Assembly: GCA_002729175.1 (NCBI GenBank)
Contig: PBTS01000007.1
Span: forward strand, 1 to 18,621
DNA from: Fidelibacterota bacterium
Lineage (GTDB): Bacteria; Fidelibacterota; Marinisomatia; Marinisomatales; S15-B10
Direction: 5' to 3'
Length of the DNA: 18,621 bases
Of this stretch, positions 10,401 through 16,125 are shown one piece after another (position 1 is the stretch's first letter; the number at the start of each line of letters is the position of its first letter). The notes beneath the pieces are model-generated. The model did not search any database and was not told the origin of the DNA. It was given only the letters and a program-made list of their open reading frames with translations. The position numbers and the translations under genes are program-made.

Positions 10401-11094
10401 CATCTATGGAACCATGGATATCTTCAGGAGCAATTACAGTTCATTCGTTAGTGCTATCACTTTCATCACCCCCATTGTACTGAACAAGGCCGTGTTAACC
10501 ACCGACTATAACGGGGACGGGATAGTCAACGAAGATCCTGACGACATCCTGGATGAAGAAGATCTGGACGAATCATTTGACGTCTGGCTCACACATCTTG
10601 AAGGTATCTCATCCATGGATACCACTGCAGGATTCAATCCGCCTGTTGTTGTGGGTTACCTCAATTACGGAAATGTGAATATGGGTGGAATAGATATGAG
10701 TCTCTCATTTTTTCTCAACCGGTCGTGGTCCATGGATGTTAATTACTCTTATCTCAGCATGAGTGACTTCATCAACCCTATCACCAATGCAAAAGATCCA
10801 ATTAACGCTCCCAAGCATAAGGGAAGTCTCAAGTTGCAGTACGCTCCTCCGGACTCGAAGCTCGGCGGTAGTTTCAATCTTCGTTACGTGGACGCCTTCC
10901 CTTGGCAATCAGGTGTTTATTTCGGCACAATAGGTCCTTACACTATTTTTGATATCCACGCGCGGTATCAACTTATAGACAAAGCGGCCGTACTTTTGAG
11001 TGTCAGCAACCTTTTCAACGATTATCATATTGAGATTCAAGGCGGCCCGGCCATCGGTCGTCTGGTGATGCTCCGCCTACAGGCAGAGTTGTAA
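7483..11094 (+). CDS. TonB-dependent outer-membrane receptor with N-terminal carboxypeptidase-regulatory-like domain and large Asp/Gly-rich inserts
   Basis: Signal peptide, GSISGTVLDASTNDPLIAANV (CarboxypepD_reg-like), VVTASRR..IEDAPAAISII, plug motifs ARGFNSSFSSRLLTLTDGR and IEVVLGPSSALYGPNAHSGVLNIVT, barrel features SPKIGLVY, PETVHTLELGYK, VSNLFN. Confidence 0.93.
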   Translation: MKVIKLIAFHILIAGFLAAQNGSISGTVLDASTNDPLIAANVTVTGEALTETTGSATDAGGQYTVTNLPSGQYTLKVNYIGYEKQEETVTLGPGQSLTIDFKLAPSAIEYDTYVVTASRRRERIEDAPAAISIITQKSIRRESNTNLGDYLKSVKGVDFTQSGIDSYNLSARGFNSSFSSRLLTLTDGRMANVPSLRLVAYNVIPVSFEDVHQIEVVLGPSSALYGPNAHSGVLNIVTRAPKDSKGTTFNIQTGLIAQENGKPLKKMTFRHASAWKDFGFKVSSVAMNAYDWEHYNDDEFEGHDPAFLGRPHLTRDGIDNGGSSPELFSPTFTEDMLKELTVGEVPNNGIDDNGNGFIDETMDMVGYAYGDGKINWFPFGTEPYSPKITQEMVTQAASDPFNRLCVDEGNISSFSGNCPGVVLWGVTSDAIGKQFKDGLDNNGNGAIDEGIDTGIDGSDEAFFDGVDNDGDGLIDEDDESIANFWLNRFGSYAPGDTTKADRYGFGFGDYEYDDDGNILFDTNRNGVFGDPEDFKLTRGELSRWIKDANGDGYDDFPDFNVENYRYDLRFDYDPNSDINLSLSHGLARAKNINITGIARYLADGWVYQYYQSRLRYKNFFWQTYLNTSMSGKYNPKYPLAHSPTRNLATGGTIYDRSKKFSSQFQHATELMNGDFRFVWGADYFLTMPNTRGSILSDDQLVNGRDDNGDGEAGSPISWADYNDNLQHDKGEIYTRWGTDNGKQDGAVGPTDNVKGAVADGIDNDGDGLIDEGIDEQAEDNRYVVNEFGAYYQINWKLNPKYELIHATRFDVHDRLTDFIEFNNYDYSYSPTNWKFNFGKRDGLQISPKIGLVYRPRENQNFRLTWAKAFNTPSNQALFLDIFVTRVATYKVFARGAHEGYNYPRSADGDIYWKSPYDAFNVIEFDSTTHVFFFPSTDPKNRGFFKDNIPDQGGIYPETVHTLELGYKGRITPTIYGTMDIFRSNYSSFVSAITFITPIVLNKAVLTTDYNGDGIVNEDPDDILDEEDLDESFDVWLTHLEGISSMDTTAGFNPPVVVGYLNYGNVNMGGIDMSLSFFLNRSWSMDVNYSYLSMSDFINPITNAKDPINAPKHKGSLKLQYAPPDSKLGGSFNLRYVDAFPWQSGVYFGTIGPYTIFDIHARYQLIDKAAVLLSVSNLFNDYHIEIQGGPAIGRLVMLRLQAEL

Positions 11095-11113
11095 TCCACC
11101 GCCTTACCAATCC

Positions 11114-11142
11114 TTACAACTCTAGTCTGCCTGAAGTAAATT
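11114..11142 (+). promoter_or_regulatory. Possible own promoter of the CDF gene, giving a near-leaderless mRNA
   Basis: TTACAA-17 nt-TAAATT, then 10 pyrimidines (TCTCTCTCCC), then ATG. There is no SD. Confidence 0.35.
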
Positions 11143-11152
11143 TCTCTCTCCC

Positions 11153-12049
11153 ATGAGCGGCCATTTCACTTCTCAAAAAGCTCTCAAGACAGCGGCTCTG
11201 CTCCTGAGCATTACATTCCTTGCTGAGCTCCTGGGTGGCATTGTATTCGGCAGCCTCAGCCTCATTTCAGATTCGTTCCACGTCATTGCCGATCTCGGTT
11301 CTATTCTTATTGCTTCTTTTGCCCTTTCTGTAGCTCACAAACGTCACCCGACCCAACAAATGGCCTTCGGCTACCACCGGCTGGAGGTGATGAGTGCCCT
11401 GTTTAACGGCATTGTTCTCAGCATCATTTCAGCAGTGATTTTTCTGGAGGCGTGGGAACGGTTTCGAAATCCCGGCGAGATCCAAGCGGGAGGTGCTCTG
11501 GTAATCGCTGTTATTGGACTTGTGGTAAACCTTATTGTCATCCGCTTCTTTCACCATGCTCCAGACCGCCACCATGACGTAAACATCAGGAGCGCATACC
11601 TCCACATCATGGGGGACATCCTTGCTTCTGTTTCTGTGGTTGTGGGGATCACGGCAATTAAGCTTTTTGATATGCCCATCATCGATCCAGTTGTAGCCGC
11701 TTTTGTGGCATTGCTTTTGCTCATTGGGGCTACCAGAGTTCTTTATTCAAGTGCGGAAATTTTACTCCACAAATCACCCCAGGATATTGACCGTGTCCGG
11801 CTTCGGGTACTCCAGATTGACGGCGTAAAAGACTTGTTAGATGTAAGACTTTGGCAAGTCTGTTCTCATTTGACCGTGGGAACGGCACATGTGGTAGTGT
11901 CAGTGGATTCCCTGGAAGCTACCGGGCCCATCAAACAGAACATCCGATCCATCATTCAGGAAGAGTTCGATGTGAGAGATATTACGCTGGAATGTGAGAC
12001 GGAAAAGGGCTCTGAAGAACACTCACACCGCTTTGAACACCAGCATTAG
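11153..12049 (+). CDS. Cation diffusion facilitator (CzcD/ZitB-like Zn/Co/Cd exporter)
   Basis: CDF signature SLSLISDSFHVIAD (TM2 HxxxD), FGYHRLEVMSALFNG, NIRSAYLHIMGD (TM5 HxxxD), a His-rich loop HHAPDRHHD and a His-rich tail. Confidence 0.93.
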   Translation: MSGHFTSQKALKTAALLLSITFLAELLGGIVFGSLSLISDSFHVIADLGSILIASFALSVAHKRHPTQQMAFGYHRLEVMSALFNGIVLSIISAVIFLEAWERFRNPGEIQAGGALVIAVIGLVVNLIVIRFFHHAPDRHHDVNIRSAYLHIMGDILASVSVVVGITAIKLFDMPIIDPVVAAFVALLLLIGATRVLYSSAEILLHKSPQDIDRVRLRVLQIDGVKDLLDVRLWQVCSHLTVGTAHVVVSVDSLEATGPIKQNIRSIIQEEFDVRDITLECETEKGSEEHSHRFEHQH

Positions 12050-12864
12050 CCTGCACCTTTTGGCCTAACCAGCCAAGCTATCACCAACATAAAACCAAAA
12101 GTTACCACAATGGCAGCCCCTGTTGGAATATCAAGTAGGAGCGATGCTAGCATGCCCAGAACACTTCCGACAAGTCCAAAGATCCATCCAAATATCAGCC
12201 TGGATGATACGCCTTCCACAAAAAGAAGTGCCCCTATAGCTGGTACGATAAGAAAAGAAAACACTAGAAGAACACCAGCGATTTTTACAGAACTGGTTAC
12301 CACAAATCCGAAGGTAATATAGAAAAGGAAATCCCACAGCCTTCTGTTTACATTTGATTTGCCATTGTTTTGGCTATCTGATACTGCAAGAAACTCTGTC
12401 CGGAACCTCCAATGAAAACCGCCGATGACTGCGTAGAGCATGAAAGTTTGGAACACTTCCTTGGGTGACACAAAAAGTATGGATCCCACCAAAAGGTGGT
12501 TGAGATGTTCGGCTCCTTCGGGTGACTTGCTGAAAAGCAAGATCATTACAGCAGCGGAGACGACGTAAGTGATCCCGATGATAGCTTCTTGGGGCACACG
12601 TTCATTCACAGAACGTGTATAAGAAAACAGAAGGGCACCAAGAAATGTGAATCCCAATGCCAAAAAATACATAATGCCTTCTGCATGGTCGAATCCTAAA
12701 AGTAAACCTACAGCCATCCCCAGCGCTGCTACCTGTGCTAAAGCCAAATCAACGAAAATAACACCGCGCGTCACAACGTGAAGACCAAGATAGACATGTA
12801 TACCTGTAAGCACAAACGCCGCCATAAGTGGCCAAATAATTATGTCAAAATACTCCAGAATCAT
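12046..12864 (-). CDS. Metal ABC-type permease (ZnuB/MntB, ABC-3 family)
   Basis: Multi-TM protein with GLHVVTRGVIFVDLALAQ, QEAIIGITY, LLVGSILFV, SVKIAGVLLVFSFLIVPA and DIPTGAAIV. ATGA overlap with the binding-protein gene. Confidence 0.9.
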   Translation of the reverse strand: MILEYFDIIIWPLMAAFVLTGIHVYLGLHVVTRGVIFVDLALAQVAALGMAVGLLLGFDHAEGIMYFLALGFTFLGALLFSYTRSVNERVPQEAIIGITYVVSAAVMILLFSKSPEGAEHLNHLLVGSILFVSPKEVFQTFMLYAVIGGFHWRFRTEFLAVSDSQNNGKSNVNRRLWDFLFYITFGFVVTSSVKIAGVLLVFSFLIVPAIGALLFVEGVSSRLIFGWIFGLVGSVLGMLASLLLDIPTGAAIVVTFGFMLVIAWLVRPKGAG

Positions 12865-13739
12865 TCCAGCGTCTTCTTAAGTATTTCGAGGTTGTAATGG
12901 ATCATCTCAATATAGGAGTTAGCCAGTGATCTGGCCCCAACAGATTGTGCCATTTCGATAATTTCAATACCTGTTTTTTCAACCAGGAATTTAGGTGCTT
13001 TGTCGCTGAAATACGGCTCCATGGCGATTACGTTGATCTGGTGTTCCCTAATTAAAGATATGAGTGTTTCGATGTGACTCGGCGTCGGCATGATTCCCGG
13101 TTTCGGCTCAACAAACTGAACAATATCTAGTCCGAACCGGTTAGCGAAATAGGGCCAAGTATTATGATAAAAAATCAGTTTCATTCCGCGTAATGAAGCA
13201 TACTTTTCGCGCCAAGATTGTAGATTTGAATCAATGGTCTTTGAAAACTTCCTGTGGTTTTCCCAAAAAATATTGGCCCCTGCTGGATCAGCCTCGGACA
13301 GCACCTCTGCAATAGTAGAACCTATAATCTTACCGTTCTCTGGGTCTAACCAGTAGTGCGGATTCCCAAAGCGATGGATATCGCCCATGCTAGCATCAAT
13401 CTTTCTAGTGGGAATTTCAAGCCTTGGAATATTTGCTGAACAATCCACAATTATCAGTTTTCGGTTTCGAGAGCCATCTATAATCTGCTGTGCCCATCGA
13501 TCTAGTTCCATCCCCACCTTAAGGTAAATATCAGCCCGCTTGACTTTTATCATGTATGACGGCAGGACTTCTACATAGTGCGGATCCTGCGTCCCCCGGG
13601 CAATACTCACCACCTTCACTCGTTCACCGCCAATAGTTGATGCAATGTCCGCTAAATCAGTAGTGGAAGTTACCACAGATACTTTGGCGGATAGGCTGTT
13701 GAGGACAAGGGCCACTATCAGCATAATTCTATTCGTCAT
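12861..13739 (-). CDS. Metal-binding periplasmic protein (ZnuA/TroA/cluster A-I family), 292 aa
   Basis: The likely start is ATG 13739 (MTNRIMLIVALVLNSLSA|KVSVVTS, signal peptide), 1 nt after the upstream stop. Motifs QDPHY, GDIHRFGNPHYWLDP, YHNTWPYF, EPKPGIMPTPSH. Confidence 0.92.
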   Translation of the reverse strand: MTNRIMLIVALVLNSLSAKVSVVTSTTDLADIASTIGGERVKVVSIARGTQDPHYVEVLPSYMIKVKRADIYLKVGMELDRWAQQIIDGSRNRKLIIVDCSANIPRLEIPTRKIDASMGDIHRFGNPHYWLDPENGKIIGSTIAEVLSEADPAGANIFWENHRKFSKTIDSNLQSWREKYASLRGMKLIFYHNTWPYFANRFGLDIVQFVEPKPGIMPTPSHIETLISLIREHQINVIAMEPYFSDKAPKFLVEKTGIEIIEMAQSVGARSLANSYIEMIHYNLEILKKTLE

Positions 13740-13740
13740 C

Positions 13741-14838
13741 TTAAAACCTGTGGGGCTTGTGGGGGCCAAGTGACCAGATGAGCTGCCCCACCACAGAAAA
13801 TACAGGGTCTTCATCGCCGTGATATTCCTGGTGCAGGCGGACACGTAAGACAGACGATTCTTCGACGGGGCTAAAGCCAACAAAAAGACCGAACGAATTG
13901 TAAGGCGCTTCATCCAGTTCACTGGCGTAGTCCACGATAAACCCGGCATTCCACACCTTGTTGATTTGCATATTGAGCCAGCCGTAAGCAATGGTGGTGG
14001 TTCCTTCATGTTCTTCTGAAAGGTGGTCTTCGTGGTATTTCTCTTCTTCGTGTTCCTCCTTTCCACTATTCTGCATGACCTCCCCCTGAACAGTAAATGA
14101 ACGATACTTGTCCGGCCGCCATTTGAACTTCATGTCCACACCTGAAACCGTCCCCTCTGACTCATTGATGGCGCGGTAGTGATTCAGGCCAGTTTCAATA
14201 TGGGAGATATCATTCAGCTCGAAAAAGTTGGAAAAACGGAATGCCACGACGCCAGTGTTTCCATTATCTTCCTCCTTTTTCTCTGACCGTTTTTCGTCGT
14301 CGTACAACTCCCTGTTTCCCTCATTCTTATCATGGGAGTGTTCGTCGTGTCCGTGTCCCCCCATGCCATTCTGCATGGCGCTTAAGGATAGTTTGCTATA
14401 CCAAGGCAGAGGCGCCAGCGTACTCAATTCCGCTCCCGGTGAAGACCACATCTCCTCACCAAGCAGTGCCTGTACCGGCAGCGATGCTAAGATATAGTGA
14501 TAGGTGTGGGCATGCTCCCTGTTAATCTTCCCGAAATCGGGTCTGAACTTGCCGGCCCTAAGTCCCAGGTTCAGCGGCAATCCTCGCTCCACGGTGAGGA
14601 ACGCTTCCTCCACATCCACGGCCCCCTCGCTGTCGTGTATATGAAGAAACAAATCTGCTCGAGCAAAAGGATTAACGTAACCCTGAGCGGCTATTTCCAA
14701 TCCTGAGGTGGAAAGCGCAAGTGATTCTTTGTCTCCTTTGGCAAGAAGATCCCCAAGGAAGCTAATATCTGGATTAACAGTTGTTTGTGAAAAAGATAGT
14801 GACCTAATTACAGTCAGAAGAACAAATGTTCTTCGCAT
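13741..14838 (-). CDS. His/Glu-rich outer-membrane beta-barrel protein, probable metal (Zn) uptake channel
   Basis: Signal peptide, then NPDISFLGD, EIAAQGYVNPFARAD, VEEAFLT, LRAGKFRPDFGKINREHAH, His/Glu loops GHGHDEHSHD and EEHEEEKYHEDHLSEEHE, and C-terminal QLIWSLGPHKPHRF (terminal Phe). SD AGGGGA lies 8 nt upstream. Confidence 0.8.
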   Translation of the reverse strand: MRRTFVLLTVIRSLSFSQTTVNPDISFLGDLLAKGDKESLALSTSGLEIAAQGYVNPFARADLFLHIHDSEGAVDVEEAFLTVERGLPLNLGLRAGKFRPDFGKINREHAHTYHYILASLPVQALLGEEMWSSPGAELSTLAPLPWYSKLSLSAMQNGMGGHGHDEHSHDKNEGNRELYDDEKRSEKKEEDNGNTGVVAFRFSNFFELNDISHIETGLNHYRAINESEGTVSGVDMKFKWRPDKYRSFTVQGEVMQNSGKEEHEEEKYHEDHLSEEHEGTTTIAYGWLNMQINKVWNAGFIVDYASELDEAPYNSFGLFVGFSPVEESSVLRVRLHQEYHGDEDPVFSVVGQLIWSLGPHKPHRF

Positions 14839-14845
14839 TAAGCTG

Positions 14846-14943
14846 ATCCCCTATTCTAAGGTTAGCCACCCCCGAGAATGGAACCTCATCCCACTCCGTC
14901 AAAGATGGTCAGATTACGACAGCAAGATTAGCTTAGAGGGGAT
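14846..14943 (-). promoter_or_regulatory. Anti-Shine-Dalgarno pairing between the last codons of the leader ORF and the RBS of the barrel gene
   Basis: mRNA AUCCCCU-CUAAG (14943-14932, codons A-S-P-L-S) is complementary to CUUAG-AAU-AGGGGAU (14860-14846). This gives 12 bp with a 3-nt bulge and covers the SD. Confidence 0.65.
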
Positions 14944-15278
14944 GCCCTTGAGGGCGGGAGCGGAGAGAGGATTTCTGAGGAAAAAACTTGTTTGGGGAAA
15001 ATATGTGCTCTGTCTGCATTCTCGGAGAAAAGTCCGCTGCCAATTTCAATAGCTGTGAAATCACGAATTCGCGCGCGACAACAGTCATGGCGGAGATTAG
15101 TGTTATTGTGTTCGGAGGTGTCGCAATCTACCTTACATAAACCGAACTCTGAAAAAGAGAACCAGTTGTGACTGGCCAGGTCGTGAGTGACATCAACCAA
15201 CGGGGTAATAGCGACCCACATTGCCATCAGAATGGCGACAAAAGTTCTTTCAGGGCTTCTTCCTGTTAGCAGACTCAT
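14928..15278 (-). CDS. DUF2946-like Cys/His-rich leader protein with C-terminal RAPP-like motif (116 aa)
   Basis: ATG 15278 lies 7 nt after the DUF3467 stop. MSLLTGRSPERTFVAILMAMWVAITPLVDVTH (TM/signal), HDLASH, CKVDC, HNNTNLRHDCC, ending SPLPPSRASPLS*. It sits directly upstream of metal-uptake genes. Confidence 0.75.
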   Translation of the reverse strand: MSLLTGRSPERTFVAILMAMWVAITPLVDVTHDLASHNWFSFSEFGLCKVDCDTSEHNNTNLRHDCCRARIRDFTAIEIGSGLFSENADRAHIFPKQVFSSEILSPLPPSRASPLS

Positions 15279-15285
15279 AAAATAG

Positions 15286-15603
15286 TTAATTCGGCAATGA
15301 TCCTTCAGGTGGCTTGACTCCAAATGGCTCAAAAGATTCATTCTTCGGCACAGAAATCTCGCCGTATTGCTTTTCATACTTTTCAATGTTATCCGACAGA
15401 GCCCTTTGAAAACTTTTAGCATGAGATGGGGCCATGATGATTCTTGAATTCACTTTCGCTTTCGGCATCCCCGGTAGGAGCCGGGTGAAATCCATGACAA
15501 ACTCAGCTGGTGAATGGGTAATAACCACAAAATTGGCGTAATCCCCACTACCGACTTTCTCATCAAGCTCAATGTTGATCTGCTGTTCTTTCTTTTTATT
15601 CAC
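15286..15603 (-). CDS. DUF3467 domain protein
   Basis: QINIELDEKVGSGDYANFVVITHSPAEFVMDF..LLPGMPKAKVNSRIIMAPSHAK...ALSDNIEKYEKQYGEI matches the DUF3467 pattern. GTG start overlaps the upstream TGA (GTGA). Confidence 0.9.
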   Translation of the reverse strand: MNKKKEQQINIELDEKVGSGDYANFVVITHSPAEFVMDFTRLLPGMPKAKVNSRIIMAPSHAKSFQRALSDNIEKYEKQYGEISVPKNESFEPFGVKPPEGSLPN

Positions 15604-16043
15604 GATTTTTTCTTTCTCCCTCTTCTTGACTTTTTCTTTTTCTCCAGAAGTGGATTTTTAGCCTCTTCTTTATTACGGAGATTAAATTCTTCCCAATCTT
15701 CTTCAAGTCCTTCCCAAACATCTATCTCTTGTGTGGTGTCTTTTTCTACGGTTTGTACCTCTTCTTGGAAGAGAGAAAAAGTGTCTTTTTTCTTTTCAAA
15801 ATCCTGCGGGTCCACCTCCTCCTGATCGGTGGGATCGAGACGTTCAATCTCATCCTTGTAGATTTTCATATCAAAAAAGTCTATATCCTTCACAATACCG
15901 TTGGCCACAAGGTATTCAATGAAGTCTAGGTATCTCGCATTCTGTAGATCGGTCTTGCAGCTAGCACAAACCAAAGACTCTTTAAGATCCTCTTCTTTAA
16001 GGGGAGTCTTGCATTCTGGGCAGATCAAACCTTCTGATAGCAT
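15600..16043 (-). CDS. Hypothetical zinc-ribbon protein (CxxC...CxxC), acidic middle, basic tail; 147 aa
   Basis: The likely start is ATG 16043, with SD GAGG upstream. MLSEGLICPECKTPLKEEDLKESLVCASCKT; C-terminus KKKKSRRGRKKKS. Confidence 0.8.
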   Translation of the reverse strand: MLSEGLICPECKTPLKEEDLKESLVCASCKTDLQNARYLDFIEYLVANGIVKDIDFFDMKIYKDEIERLDPTDQEEVDPQDFEKKKDTFSLFQEEVQTVEKDTTQEIDVWEGLEEDWEEFNLRNKEEAKNPLLEKKKKSRRGRKKKS

Positions 16044-16079
16044 TATATTTCCTCGTTTTATCCTCAGTGAGAGGGCGAT

Positions 16080-16108
16080 AATATAAACGGCGACCCACCC
16101 CTCGTCAA
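16080..16108 (-). promoter_or_regulatory. Near-consensus sigma70 promoter for the Zn-ribbon/DUF3467/metal-uptake operon
   Basis: Minus strand TTGACG-17 nt-TATATT in the 82-nt intergenic gap, 36 nt upstream of ATG 16043. Confidence 0.75.
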
Positions 16109-16125
16109 CAGGTATTTCAACATTT

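Noticed and set aside
13740..14066. N-terminal extension of the binding protein in the 401-aa ORF call
   Set aside because: It overlaps the barrel gene in another frame. The signal peptide begins at ATG 13739.
14912..14920. TCGTAATC (minus strand) resembling a Zur-box half site
   Set aside because: It is only a half site, with no palindromic partner and no promoter nearby.
14708..15052. 114-aa plus-strand ORF across the leader/barrel junction
   Set aside because: It is antisense to two supported genes and has no recognisable motif or RBS.
15279..15422. N-terminal extension of the leader ORF (164-aa call)
   Set aside because: It overlaps DUF3467. ATG 15278 directly precedes the hydrophobic segment.
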